IMG/VR virus record: IMGVR_UViG_3300042888_001941
Location: 72,435 to 136,434 of that record
Length of the DNA: 64,000 bases
Reading direction: 5' to 3' (one strand)
Source of the DNA: a virus
Part shown: piece by piece, positions 17,091-27,454 of the stretch
How the letters are laid out: each line of letters starts with the position of its first letter
How positions within the stretch are numbered: the stretch's first letter is position 1
Program-made: the position numbers and the translations under genes
Notes under the pieces: model-generated
What the model was told of the DNA's origin: nothing
Seen by the model: the letters and a program-made list of their open reading frames with translations, nothing else
The model's database searches: none

Positions 17091-17107
17091 GGGAAACGCG
17101 CTATAAT
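17091..17107 (+). promoter_or_regulatory. Promoter-like motif GGGAAACGCGCTATAAT
   Basis: Perfect TATAAT with a conserved upstream AAACGC, at the start of cassette 2. Confidence 0.7.
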
Positions 17108-17122
17108 ATGCACATCACATAA

Positions 17123-17491
<369 letters not shown>

Positions 17492-17494
17492 CGC

Positions 17495-17824
17495 ATGCCA
17501 ACAGTTTATAAAACCCTCGGGCAGTCAAATCCTTCTGCTACAACAAATGCCTCACTGTACACGGTGCCTGCAACAACATCAACTGTTGTCTCAACAGTGA
17601 CAGTATGCAACCAGGCGTCTACTGCAGGAACCTTCCGTATCGCGATTCGTCCTGCAGGCGCATCTATTGCTGCTCAGCATTACATCGCGTACGACACTCC
17701 AATTGCGGCGAATGACACCATTGCATTGACTTTAGGCATTACCCTTGCGACGACAGACGTAGTTACGGTTTACGCCTCCAGCGCAACAATGTCATTTTCA
17801 GCATTCGGTTCTGAAATTTCGTAA
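17495..17824 (+). CDS. Small beta-rich adaptor-like protein (cassette 2)
   Basis: LYTVPA.TSTVVSTVTVCN...IAANDT; paralogue of 12809..13126. Confidence 0.75.
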   Translation: MPTVYKTLGQSNPSATTNASLYTVPATTSTVVSTVTVCNQASTAGTFRIAIRPAGASIAAQHYIAYDTPIAANDTIALTLGITLATTDVVTVYASSATMSFSAFGSEIS

Positions 17825-17836
17825 GGAGACTAACTC

Positions 17837-18451
17837 ATGGCAGTTAGTCGTCTCTCTCAACAGAGTATTCAACAGTCTTTTCCTAAAGGGAACACCTTAT
17901 GGGACGGCACTACTGCTACGTCTGCGTTTGATAGTTTAGGGACTGTCTATGTTTCTTCTTCTGGCAGTGTAGGCATCGCGTCATTCACAAACGTGCCTCA
18001 GACGTACACTCACCTTCAACTGCGTCTTTGCGTTGTTGAATCAACTGCAGATTCATATTTTTTAGCTACGTACAACAGTGACACTGCTCAAGCAAACTAT
18101 CCTCGTCATCGCCTTTGGGGTAATGGCGCTTCTGTCGGATCTAACTCGGCAGTCAACGTTGATGCTTCTACTAGAAGCGCTATGCTTGGATCACCATTGT
18201 ACAGTACTACGCACCCTGGGGTAGTTATTGCCGACATACTAGACTACGCCAATACAAGCAAGAACAAGACTACCATGTCATTTTTTGGACAGGACGCTAA
18301 TGGAAGCGGTATAGTCGAGCTTCATTCAAGCGTCTGGCTTAACACCGCCGCAATAACAAGAGTCGATGTTCGTTGTAACCTGGCTGGCGGCGGCTCTGGT
18401 TCATCTACATTTAACGCTGGCTCGACAATTTCTCTGTACGGAGTTAAATAA
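17837..18451 (+). CDS. Cassette 2 gene A: beta domain only
   Basis: MAVSRLS N-terminus; FTNVPQTYTHLQLR...DILDYANTSKNKT...ISLYGVK. Confidence 0.78.
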   Translation: MAVSRLSQQSIQQSFPKGNTLWDGTTATSAFDSLGTVYVSSSGSVGIASFTNVPQTYTHLQLRLCVVESTADSYFLATYNSDTAQANYPRHRLWGNGASVGSNSAVNVDASTRSAMLGSPLYSTTHPGVVIADILDYANTSKNKTTMSFFGQDANGSGIVELHSSVWLNTAAITRVDVRCNLAGGGSGSSTFNAGSTISLYGVK

Positions 18452-18453
18452 AA

Positions 18454-19821
18454 GTGGCTACCTACAAACCTCTGCAGTCAATCACTTTAACGTCAAACGC
18501 GTCAAGCGTTACTTTTTCTGGCATTTCGCAAGACTATACTGATTTAGTACTAGTTTCACAGACCCAGCAAGTAACATCAGGTGAAGATTTGGCAATTAGA
18601 TTCAATAATGATTCTACTTCTATATACTCAAGAACGTACATCTGCGGCGATGGGTCAACCGCGCACAGTGGAAGAAGCACAAGTCAGACTTATATAATTC
18701 TTGACCACCATGGGACACCGCCAACCTCAACAAGTTTTGGTAGTTCAATAGTTAATATACCGAACTATTCAAACACTACTTTAAATAAAACGGTGCTCAA
18801 CAGAAATGGTTCTATTGATTCATCACCAGCAGTGGCTACTGTTTCAAACGTAGGGCTATGGCGCTCAACGTCAGCAATTACTTCAATTACAGTTCTTTGC
18901 ACGAATTCAAGTAATCTAAAAGCAGGCTCTACCTTTGACTTGTATGGAATTAAGTCAGGTACTCCAAAAGCTATTGGCGGAGATATCACTACTACTGATG
19001 GAACATATTGGTACCACGCATTTAAAAGCACCGGAGCATTTACAGTTCAACAAGGAGCTTCTTTATCTGTTGACTACCTAGTTATCGCTGGTGGCGGTGG
19101 TGGCGGCAGCGTTGGAACACAAGGTGGCGGTGGTGGAGCTGGAGGATTGCGCTCAACAGTAACTGCAACTGGCGGAGGCGGATCATTAGAATCTGCTATC
19201 ACTCTTGCTGGAGGAAGTGTTACAACTGTAGTTGTTGGCGCTGGCGGAGAAGTTGATAGCCAAGGAAGCAACTCATCATTTTCTACTATTACATCAACAG
19301 GTGGCGGTAGAGGCGGACATTACTCTTCAACAACTGGTGGAGATGGCGGTTCAGGTGGTGGCGCAGGAGCTGGCGCTGGTGGAACATACGTAGGCGGAGC
19401 AGCTTCTCCAAGTGGACAAGGTTACGCAGGCGGTGGTTCACCTGGCTCTAGTGGAAATCATCGTGGAGGTGGCGGCGGCGGAGCAGGCGCTGTTGGCGCA
19501 ACAGCATCTACTAACGCTGGTGCAGGTGGCGCAGGCGTAGCTATTTCAGCTTTCGCGTCTGCAACTGGAACTGGTGTAAGTAACTTCTACGCTGGTGGCG
19601 GAGGAGGAGGCTCTCAATCAAACACTGCAACTGCTGGAGCTGGTGGCTCAGGTGGCGGCGGCTCAGGAGCTAAAGATGACCCAGGTGGAAACGTAACTGC
19701 GCATGCGACAGCAGGAACTGCAAATACTGGTGGAGGCGGTGGTGGCAGAGCTGGAAGTGGCACTGTAAGCACAGTTGGAAGAGGCGGTTCAGGTATTGTA
19801 ATTGTGAGGTATGCAGTATGA
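18454..19821 (+). CDS. Cassette 2 gene B: beta domain plus glycine-rich domain
   Basis: GTG start; SVTFSGISQDYTDL...FDLYGIK, then a Gly-rich domain ending GSGIVIVRYAV. Confidence 0.8.
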   Translation: MATYKPLQSITLTSNASSVTFSGISQDYTDLVLVSQTQQVTSGEDLAIRFNNDSTSIYSRTYICGDGSTAHSGRSTSQTYIILDHHGTPPTSTSFGSSIVNIPNYSNTTLNKTVLNRNGSIDSSPAVATVSNVGLWRSTSAITSITVLCTNSSNLKAGSTFDLYGIKSGTPKAIGGDITTTDGTYWYHAFKSTGAFTVQQGASLSVDYLVIAGGGGGGSVGTQGGGGGAGGLRSTVTATGGGGSLESAITLAGGSVTTVVVGAGGEVDSQGSNSSFSTITSTGGGRGGHYSSTTGGDGGSGGGAGAGAGGTYVGGAASPSGQGYAGGGSPGSSGNHRGGGGGGAGAVGATASTNAGAGGAGVAISAFASATGTGVSNFYAGGGGGGSQSNTATAGAGGSGGGGSGAKDDPGGNVTAHATAGTANTGGGGGGRAGSGTVSTVGRGGSGIVIVRYAV

Positions 19822-21200
19822 GTCTAGAAACTATGACAAAGATCTCTACTATAACTGTAGGTGCAGGAGGCTCTGCTTCTATTTCTTTTTCTAATATTCC
19901 TCAAGGTTACACCGATCTTGTACTAAAACTTTCAACAAGAACAGATGCGTCTGGCTGGACAACTACAGGCTTGGTTTTGACTTTTAACGGGAGCAGCGCA
20001 TCTACGTACAGCAGACGCACTCTTTACAACACATCAGCTGGCTCTGCTGGCAGCGATAGCACCTCATCTACTACTTCATTTACTGGAGGAATTGTTTCTT
20101 GTGGTGCAAGCGCAACTTCTAATACCTTTGGCACGGCAAATATCTACATACCTAATTATTCTGATTTTAATAGTAAAAATATATCTGTAGAATCTGTAAG
20201 TGAAAATAACGGAACAGACACTGCTCAAACGTACACTTTCGGCTTGTTTGCAAATCCTGCTCCTATTACGTCATTAACTCTTATAGACGCAAATGGCGGA
20301 TCTTTTGTTCAACACTCTATAGCAACTCTTTACGGGGTTAAAGACACTATAAAAACCGCAGGCAACTCAATCAAAGCAACTGGTGGAAACATATTCTACG
20401 ATGGCACCTACGTCTACCATGCTTTCATGTCGACTGGTTCTTTTGCCCCCACTCAACGACTAACCGCAGACATTCTTCAAATAGCTGGTGGAGGTGGCGG
20501 TGGCGGTAACAATGGTGGCGGTGGTGGCGGTGCAGGCGGTCTTCTGTACTATGCAGCGCAAACACTCGCTCCAAACACATCTTACACTTGCACGGTAGGC
20601 GGTGGCGGAAGCGCTGGAGCTACTAATGCTCGAGGCGGACAAGGTAGCTCGTCTCAGTTCTATAACCTTACGTCTTCTAATGGCGGAGGCGGTGGTGGTT
20701 CAGAAGGTGGAACTACTGCGGGTGGCTCTGGCGGCTCAGGCGGCGGCGCTGCTTCGTCTGGTGGCTCTACTGCTTCTGGTGGATCTGCAACTCCTTCAGG
20801 CCAAGGTAACGCTGGTGGTAACTCTGCAACAGATGGCTCAGGTCGCGCAGGTGGCGGTGGCGGTGGAGCAGGTGCTGCAGGACAATCAGGTTACCAGTCA
20901 GGCGGACCAAACTACTCCGGTGGTGACGGAGGAGACGGCTCATCTGCTTACTCATCTTGGGGAGCAGCTACTGGTTTAGGCGCATTGTCTGGTGGAACTT
21001 ATTGGTTTGCTGGTGGAGGAGCTGGCCAGTCTGCATTCTATGTTAGCGGTCGTGCTGGCCGTGGTGGTGGCGGAGGAAGACTAGAAAATGGTCAACCAAA
21101 TACTGGCGGCGGCGGTGGCGGAGACAACTATCGCGGCGGTGGAACTTTCACCTCTTCAACTGGAGGCTCAGGAATTATCATTGTGAGATACAAAGGCTAA
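19818..21200 (+). CDS. Cassette 2 gene C: beta domain plus glycine-rich domain
   Basis: ATGA overlap with gene B; NTFG...IYIPNYS...SVSENN signature; Gly-rich domain. Confidence 0.8.
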   Translation: MSLETMTKISTITVGAGGSASISFSNIPQGYTDLVLKLSTRTDASGWTTTGLVLTFNGSSASTYSRRTLYNTSAGSAGSDSTSSTTSFTGGIVSCGASATSNTFGTANIYIPNYSDFNSKNISVESVSENNGTDTAQTYTFGLFANPAPITSLTLIDANGGSFVQHSIATLYGVKDTIKTAGNSIKATGGNIFYDGTYVYHAFMSTGSFAPTQRLTADILQIAGGGGGGGNNGGGGGGAGGLLYYAAQTLAPNTSYTCTVGGGGSAGATNARGGQGSSSQFYNLTSSNGGGGGGSEGGTTAGGSGGSGGGAASSGGSTASGGSATPSGQGNAGGNSATDGSGRAGGGGGGAGAAGQSGYQSGGPNYSGGDGGDGSSAYSSWGAATGLGALSGGTYWFAGGGAGQSAFYVSGRAGRGGGGGRLENGQPNTGGGGGGDNYRGGGTFTSSTGGSGIIIVRYKG

Positions 21201-21218
21201 CGCAAAACTAACACCGCA

Positions 21219-21235
21219 GGAAAACGCAGTATAAT
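21219..21235 (+). promoter_or_regulatory. Promoter-like motif GGAAAACGCAGTATAAT
   Basis: 14/17 identical to 17091-17107; precedes cassette 3. Confidence 0.7.
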
Positions 21236-21260
21236 TTTTAACTGAGCAAAGGATACAGAG

Positions 21261-21821
21261 ATGGCGATTAGAAGGTTTAGCACTGCAAGCATCAGTGCAG
21301 GCACTAATAAGTCGACTAAACTCTGGGATCAAGAGACCTTTCAAAGTGGAATGTTTGCGCTTGCTACTGTGAGTTTAAGCACGTCTGCTTCTAGCATTTC
21401 TTTTACTGGCATTCCAACAGATTACACACACTTACAAGTACGTGGACTTCATAAGCACTCTGGGAGCGGCGCGTGGGCAACCATTGAACTTAATTCAGAC
21501 ACGACTGCCTCGAACTATACTTACCACAGATTATCTGGTGATGGTTCTACTGCATTTGCAGAAGCGAACGCTAGTTTGAATCGTTGTTTCACCTCTTACC
21601 CACACTGGGGTTCTGCCATAATTGATGTATTGGATTACGCCAACACAAGTAAGAACACTACAATTCGCACGCTTGGCAGCTGGGATGGTAATGGGTCAGG
21701 TGAAGTCAATTATGTTTCTAACCTATGGAAGAACACAGCAGCGGTTACAACTTTGACCATTAACCTATCCTCTTTTGTGCAGTACAGCCACTTTGCACTT
21801 TATGGAATTAAGGCGGCCTAA
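21261..21821 (+). CDS. Cassette 3 gene A: beta domain only
   Basis: MAIRRFS N-terminus; ISFTGIPTDYTHLQVR...DVLDYANTSKNTT...FALYGIK. Confidence 0.78.
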   Translation: MAIRRFSTASISAGTNKSTKLWDQETFQSGMFALATVSLSTSASSISFTGIPTDYTHLQVRGLHKHSGSGAWATIELNSDTTASNYTYHRLSGDGSTAFAEANASLNRCFTSYPHWGSAIIDVLDYANTSKNTTIRTLGSWDGNGSGEVNYVSNLWKNTAAVTTLTINLSSFVQYSHFALYGIKAA

Positions 21822-23204
21822 ATGCCAATAACAACTACGCCAAACGGCGGTCCTCAAGGGGAGTTTAGCACTTACACTCCTATTTACGCGCAGACTTTAT
21901 CTAGTGCTGCTGCCACAGTAACACTCTCAAATATTCCTACTACATACACAGATCTTAGAATCGTTGTTTCACCGGCAAGCAGCGACAATCTGTACGGAAT
22001 GGATATGGTATTTAATGCAGACACCGCTTCTAATTACTCAATGACGGAGTTAAGAGGAAACGGAACTTCTGCCCTTTCGAGCAGATTGTCCAATCAAACA
22101 AAAGCGTGGATTTATTACAACATCAACCCAGGAACTACTCTAGGCGATAACACAGTTCTTATTGACGTGGTTAACTACGCCAACACCACAACCTTTAAGA
22201 CTGCATTTTCTAGGTTTAATTCAATGGGTGGGTCATATCAAGGAACAGGCGGAATCGTAAACTTATGGCGCAAGACCCCTGAAGCTATTACAAGCATTAA
22301 ACTATCTATGACTGGCGCTAATTTTAAGATTGGCTCAACATTTACACTTTACGGAATCAAAGCAGCCGCCCCTGCTCCTAAGGCAACTGGTGGAGATGGA
22401 GTCTACACAGACGGTACTTATTGGTATCATGTATTTAACAGCTCTGGAATTCTTGATGTGCGACAAGATCTTACTTGCGATTACCTTGTAGTTGCAGGTG
22501 GCGCAGGCGCGGGCTACTTGTCTGGTGGTGGCGGAGCTGGGGGTTACAGGCACTTCACCTCTCAGTCTCTAACAGCAAAACAGTATCCAGTAGTAATAGG
22601 AGCGGGTGGCGCTAAAGCAAGCGTTACACGTACTTCAGGAGCAAACGGCAGTAATACGTCTTTTAATTCTGTATCTTCAACTGGTGGTGGACACGGTTCT
22701 TTTGAAGACGGTAACGCTAATGCTGGCCTTGCAGCTAGTGCGGGTGGTTCTGGTGGTGGAGCACCAGTAGCAGAGCCGAGCAACGCGTACGGCGCAGGTA
22801 ACGCGGGAGGTTACACTCCAGTTGAAGGTTACCGTGGTGGCGGTGGAACAGGAGACCGTAATTACAACAATGGAGCTGGCGGCGGTGGTGGTTCTTCTGC
22901 AGTTGGTGGAAATGGTACAACGTCTTCCGGCGGTGCAGGTGGCGCTGGAACTTTAAATTCAATCTCGGGAACTGCAGTCTACTATGCAACAGGTGGCGGT
23001 GGAGCTTTTAACTTTAATGGGTCTCATGGAAGTGGCCTAGCAAACCTTCAAAGCGGCTCTGGAGGCAGCAGTAGCAGTGGAACTACTGCAGGAACTGGTA
23101 ATCCAAACACTGGAAATGGCGCTGGCGGCAGATATAATGGCGGAACTGCTAGTGATTCTGCATCTGGTGGCTCAGGAGTTGTAATTGTGAGGTACGCGGT
23201 CTAA
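21822..23204 (+). CDS. Cassette 3 gene B: beta domain plus glycine-rich domain
   Basis: LSNIPTTYTDL...FTLYGIK, KATGG, Gly-rich domain ending GSGVVIVRYAV. Confidence 0.8.
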   Translation: MPITTTPNGGPQGEFSTYTPIYAQTLSSAAATVTLSNIPTTYTDLRIVVSPASSDNLYGMDMVFNADTASNYSMTELRGNGTSALSSRLSNQTKAWIYYNINPGTTLGDNTVLIDVVNYANTTTFKTAFSRFNSMGGSYQGTGGIVNLWRKTPEAITSIKLSMTGANFKIGSTFTLYGIKAAAPAPKATGGDGVYTDGTYWYHVFNSSGILDVRQDLTCDYLVVAGGAGAGYLSGGGGAGGYRHFTSQSLTAKQYPVVIGAGGAKASVTRTSGANGSNTSFNSVSSTGGGHGSFEDGNANAGLAASAGGSGGGAPVAEPSNAYGAGNAGGYTPVEGYRGGGGTGDRNYNNGAGGGGGSSAVGGNGTTSSGGAGGAGTLNSISGTAVYYATGGGGAFNFNGSHGSGLANLQSGSGGSSSSGTTAGTGNPNTGNGAGGRYNGGTASDSASGGSGVVIVRYAV

Positions 23205-24526
23205 TGGCTAATACACTTATTCCTATTCAGACTTATACACTTAGTTCAACTACTAACTCAGTGACATTTTCCAATATCCCGCAAAATTATACTGACTTAA
23301 AGTTAGTTGTTAGTGGGCGTACTTCGCGTGCGGATAACGGCGACTATGCTCTATTGAGTCTTAATGGCGCTGAAGGCAACTCTGCAAGAGGTATCTGGGG
23401 TTATGGAACAACGATACTTTCAGACGACACAACTAACAATGCGTTAATTGTTCCTGGTAATACTGCAACGGCATCCACATTCAGCAATTTAGAAGTTCAC
23501 TGCCCAAACTACACAAGTACTACAAGTAAGTCTGTGTCTATAGACGCTTCAGCAGAAGATAATGCGTCTGCCTCAAATGGAAATAAACTAAGCGCTATTT
23601 TATGGTCCAGTGGTTCTGCTTCAACTTCTGCTGTTACAACAATTACTTTAGCAGCGCGTTTTGGTAACTTTTTATCAGGTTCTACTTTCACTCTTTACGG
23701 AATCTCAAACGGCGTAAAAGCAGTCGGTGGAACACTTACCGTTGCAGGCGGATACGCATACCATACCTTTACTTCAACAGGTTCTTTCTTGCCTAATCAA
23801 AGAATCAAAGGCGCAGAAGTTCTAGTAGTTGCTGGTGGTGGTGGCGGCTGCGGGTACGGAGCAGGCGGCGCGGGAGGACTTTCTTACAAGTCTTCATCTA
23901 CTTTTGACGTTGGTTTTTACACAGCAATAATTGGTTCTGGCGGAGCAAGCGGAATTTCTGCTGGCGGAGCGGTCGGTGGTTCTGGCACCAATTCAGTATT
24001 TGCAGGAATCACTTCTAATGGTGGCGGTGGCGGTCGTACTAATAACACTGGTCTTTCTGGCGGCTCTGGCGCTGGCGGATCCTACTCAAATCAAGCAGGT
24101 GGAGCAGCAACACAAGGAAACACTGGCGGAGCAATCGGATACGGAAATGCTGGCGGCACCGGGTACTCAAACAACACTACTATCTTTAACGCGGGTGGCG
24201 GCGGCGGAGCGGGAGCTGCAGGTATTGCCGGGACAGTCACGCCGAATGATGGCGGAGACGGTTTGCAGACGTGGGCGTTGTGGGCAACTGTCACAGGCAC
24301 AGGTGAAAGTGGCTACTACGCTGGTGGCGGAGGCGGTTGTAGCCGACAGACAAACAATATGGGTCGTGGAGGACGCGGCGGTGGTGGCGCTGGTGGAAAC
24401 AGAAACACTTCTGCTGTTGCTGGCGCTGCTGTAGCTAATACAGGCGGCGGTGGTGGAGCTGGCGATGATGACGCAGGTGGTGCAGGAGCTTCAGGTATCA
24501 TAATTGTTCGTTATCCTTTAAGTTAG
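23204..24526 (+). CDS. Cassette 3 gene C: beta domain plus glycine-rich domain
   Basis: SVTFSNIPQNYTDL, STFSNLEVHCPNY..S.D...EDN signature, Gly-rich domain. Confidence 0.8.
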   Translation: MANTLIPIQTYTLSSTTNSVTFSNIPQNYTDLKLVVSGRTSRADNGDYALLSLNGAEGNSARGIWGYGTTILSDDTTNNALIVPGNTATASTFSNLEVHCPNYTSTTSKSVSIDASAEDNASASNGNKLSAILWSSGSASTSAVTTITLAARFGNFLSGSTFTLYGISNGVKAVGGTLTVAGGYAYHTFTSTGSFLPNQRIKGAEVLVVAGGGGGCGYGAGGAGGLSYKSSSTFDVGFYTAIIGSGGASGISAGGAVGGSGTNSVFAGITSNGGGGGRTNNTGLSGGSGAGGSYSNQAGGAATQGNTGGAIGYGNAGGTGYSNNTTIFNAGGGGGAGAAGIAGTVTPNDGGDGLQTWALWATVTGTGESGYYAGGGGGCSRQTNNMGRGGRGGGGAGGNRNTSAVAGAAVANTGGGGGAGDDDAGGAGASGIIIVRYPLS

Positions 24527-24573
24527 CGCGTGTAAATACAACATTCTTTAGTAAAATAGTGTAAGGTAGTACC

Positions 24574-25614
24574 ATGAAAGTAGCTGCCTACGCCATCGCG
24601 TTGAATGAAGAAAAGCATGCTGCCCGCTGGGCTGAAACCACAAAGGGCGCAGACTTCCGCCTTGTGTGTGATACTGGATCCACTGATAGAACCGTTGAGA
24701 TCCTTCGTGAGCATGGCGTAATCGTTCATGAAATATCTGTAAAGCCTTGGCGCTTTGACGTTGCTCGTAACACCGCACAGAGTTTACTTCCTAATGACGT
24801 AGACGTATGCTTGTCACTTGACATGGACGAGCTTGTAGATGAAAACTTTTTTGATGAGGTTCGCAAGCAGTGGATTCCAGATGCTAACAAAGGCTGGTGC
24901 GATTTTGACACAGGTCACGTTTGGTTAGGTTGTCGTTTACACGCGCGTCATGGTATGTATTGGAAGTATCCAATTCACGAGGTATTCGTTCCGTCGCTTG
25001 ATACACCGATTAGAAGCATAACAATTACTGGAACTAAGATGTATCACAAGCCGGATGACACAAAATCACGCGGACAGTACCTACCTATGCTTGTTGCCGC
25101 GTCAAAAGAATTTGGAGAAGATCACCGCATCTGGGTCTATCTTACTCGCGAATACATGTTCTATAAGATGTGGGACCTAGTTCTATCAAGTGCTGAAAAA
25201 GTTCATGCGTTTAGTAAGGACTGGTATGTTGAGAGAGCTGCGGTGTGTCGTTGGGCAAGCGAGGCTTGCCGTATCCTTGGTCAACCTGAGACTGCAATGG
25301 TGTGGGCAGATCGCGCAATTGAGATTGATCCTTGCGGTGAAAATTACTTTGAGAAGGTTCGTTGCTACTATGAGCGCGGCGACTGGTCAGGCATTTGGGA
25401 AACATCCAAGATAGTTGCTCGCTGCGAAAAAACAAGTCACTATCTTTCAAGTAAAGATCTGTGGGAATGGCGACTCTACGATATGCAGGCTCTTGCAGCG
25501 CACAATCTGGGAGATAAGCCTAAGGCAATTAAGTACGGAGAACTTGCAATAGAAGGTAATCCAGTAGATCTACGATTAAGAAACAACCTAGTATTCTACA
25601 AACAAGGGATCTAA
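24574..25614 (+). CDS. GT-A (GT2-like) glycosyltransferase with C-terminal TPR repeats
   Basis: YAIALNEE, CDTGSTDRT, WRFDVARN, LDMDE (DxD), W.YPIHE; helical TPR-like C-terminus. Confidence 0.88.
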   Translation: MKVAAYAIALNEEKHAARWAETTKGADFRLVCDTGSTDRTVEILREHGVIVHEISVKPWRFDVARNTAQSLLPNDVDVCLSLDMDELVDENFFDEVRKQWIPDANKGWCDFDTGHVWLGCRLHARHGMYWKYPIHEVFVPSLDTPIRSITITGTKMYHKPDDTKSRGQYLPMLVAASKEFGEDHRIWVYLTREYMFYKMWDLVLSSAEKVHAFSKDWYVERAAVCRWASEACRILGQPETAMVWADRAIEIDPCGENYFEKVRCYYERGDWSGIWETSKIVARCEKTSHYLSSKDLWEWRLYDMQALAAHNLGDKPKAIKYGELAIEGNPVDLRLRNNLVFYKQGI

Positions 25615-26477
25615 TGGAGCAGCCAATTGTATTCGTTGCTCTACTTGCAAAACAAAAAGCGCAGGTATTAAACTTCTTCCTAGAAACACTTGACGCGTGG
25701 GATTACCCTAAGGACAGAATTCATATCTACATCCGCACGAATAACAATACGGATAACACCGAGGATATTCTTGCTGACTGGATTGGTCGCAACGTACAGT
25801 CATACCGCAGCGTTGCGTTCGAGACACAGGACGTAGCAGAGCGAGTGCAGGATCTTGAGGTTCATCAGTGGACAGGTGAAAGATTTAGAGTTCTTGCAAA
25901 GATTCGTCAAGAAAGCTTACGCCAATGCTTACTCACAGACGCGGACTATTACTTCGTAGTAGATCTAGATAACTTCTTATACCCAGACACTCTTAAGGAA
26001 ATGGTTAAACTTCAACTTCCAATTGTAGCTCCGCTTCTTAGATACGCTATTGCTGGAGGAGATCATGCGGATATTCCGACTGAGGCAGCAAAGATAGAAG
26101 GACACCAAGGACAGTTCTATGCAAACTATCATCACCTTGTAGATGACTACGGCTCGATTGTAGCAAACGACACATACTATAAAATTCTTGACCAAGCAAT
26201 TAAAGGTCTTATTGAGTGTGACTGCGTGCATTGCACGTACTTAATTAAGCGCGAGTACATTGAACGCCTTAACTACACCGAGGAATCTGATCGTTGGGAG
26301 TACATGGTATTCTCAGAGTCTGCACGCAAGCAGGGTATTCCTCAGTACCTAGATAATCGACGCATCTGGGGAGTACTTACACTTACAGAGAACGAGAAGG
26401 CGTGTCGCTGGTGGATGGATCGCCTTAAGGATCCAGCAACTCAAACTGACCTATATCTTAACCGAGCGCTAGACTAG
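25614..26477 (+). CDS. GT-A glycosyltransferase resembling the N-terminal domain of procollagen galactosyltransferase (COLGALT1) and PLOD
   Basis: PIVFVALLAK, DYPKDRI, NNTDNT..IL..W, W...R..LAKIRQ.SL, ADYYFVVDLDN, DTL, IVAPLL, YANY, VHCTYLI occur in the same order as the COLGALT1 N-domain motifs (recalled from memory). Confidence 0.75.
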   Translation: MEQPIVFVALLAKQKAQVLNFFLETLDAWDYPKDRIHIYIRTNNNTDNTEDILADWIGRNVQSYRSVAFETQDVAERVQDLEVHQWTGERFRVLAKIRQESLRQCLLTDADYYFVVDLDNFLYPDTLKEMVKLQLPIVAPLLRYAIAGGDHADIPTEAAKIEGHQGQFYANYHHLVDDYGSIVANDTYYKILDQAIKGLIECDCVHCTYLIKREYIERLNYTEESDRWEYMVFSESARKQGIPQYLDNRRIWGVLTLTENEKACRWWMDRLKDPATQTDLYLNRALD

Positions 26478-26984
26478 CTTTTCTTTTTTCTTCTTAGTCT
26501 TTTTCTTTTTGGTTGAAGCCTTCAGTAGCTTCTCTTCCCGTTGTGAATGATACGCATCTACAGCATTTGCGCTTGTTCGTGAGCGCCAGGTAAAGTCGCA
26601 AGCCTCGCATTGAACAAGACGCATGGTTGCCCAGCGTCCGCCATTAGGTGTGTTAACAACAAGTGTTTTAAGACGATTTGGTCGTGCGTTGCAATAAGGG
26701 CATTGCGGGAAACGTTGGCGACGTGATTCTTGTCCGTTCCAGGATACTGAAAGAGTACGACGAATCTCTCCTTCATCCTTTCCACCCCAGATACCCCAGA
26801 TTTGTTTGTGCTCAAGCGCCCACTTTAAGCAGTCTTTACGAACAGGACATACGAAGCACAAGTTCTTTGCTTGATACTTTTCTGCAGGCTCTGTTGAAAA
26901 GAAGAAATCTTTTACCTTGTCGTTCTCTGGCAGCGAGCATGTAGACTCTTTTTGCCAGTTAAGCTCTCCTGGATTTAAGCTCAT
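26469..26984 (-). CDS. whiB: WhiB-family transcription factor with C-terminal Zn ribbon and Lys-rich tail
   Basis: W...C...FF...AKNLCFVCPVRKDCLKWAL...GIWGG, then CPYC...CEAC. Confidence 0.9.
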   Translation of the reverse strand: MSLNPGELNWQKESTCSLPENDKVKDFFFSTEPAEKYQAKNLCFVCPVRKDCLKWALEHKQIWGIWGGKDEGEIRRTLSVSWNGQESRRQRFPQCPYCNARPNRLKTLVVNTPNGGRWATMRLVQCEACDFTWRSRTSANAVDAYHSQREEKLLKASTKKKKTKKKKEKLV

Positions 26985-27340
26985 TGAAGCACCTCAACCC
27001 AGGTGATCTCTGACATATTGTCAACAGCGTCTCCGTACTGAGTTTCACCGTCTTCATCACAAACGGTAAGATCAATATCGCCGTCTACTTCACCAGCATA
27101 TCCATAAGATACATGAGCAGATTCAATAGCTTGAAAACCGTTGCCTAGTGTAACGGATATACCATCACGTTGAAGTGCAGACGCGAGCGCGCGGCGGATA
27201 AGCTCGTTCTCTACGTCAACTCTCTCGTCGGTAAAAAAGACAAGTGAGTTATCGTGGATAGACTCATATCCAGAGCCTGTCCATTCCTTCCAAAGCAGCT
27301 CGCCTTTACGCGAATCCTTCACAGTGAACCCTTCCGTCAT
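26981..27340 (-). CDS. Hypothetical acidic protein
   Basis: 119-aa ORF with an ATGA overlap to whiB. Confidence 0.6.
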   Translation of the reverse strand: MTEGFTVKDSRKGELLWKEWTGSGYESIHDNSLVFFTDERVDVENELIRRALASALQRDGISVTLGNGFQAIESAHVSYGYAGEVDGDIDLTVCDEDGETQYGDAVDNMSEITWVEVLQ

Positions 27341-27418
27341 AAAGGATAATACACTGAATGGACGGAAAAGGTACGGTAAAACACCGACTATTTTTTAGTC
27401 AATAATTACCTTGGAGGT

Positions 27419-27454
27419 CGTATGAAAGTGTCTCTAAGAGTCACTGAGCGGCCA
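27419..27454. repeat. 36-bp bipartite intergenic motif, copy 1
   Basis: CGTATGAAAGTGTCT-N10-CTGAGCGGCCA; second copy at 56813-56848. Confidence 0.75.

Noticed and set aside
27419-27454. Hammerhead ribozyme reading of the 36-bp motif (GAAA ... CTGA)
   Set aside because: The core would need CUGANGA but reads CTGAGCG, and the required stems are not evident.
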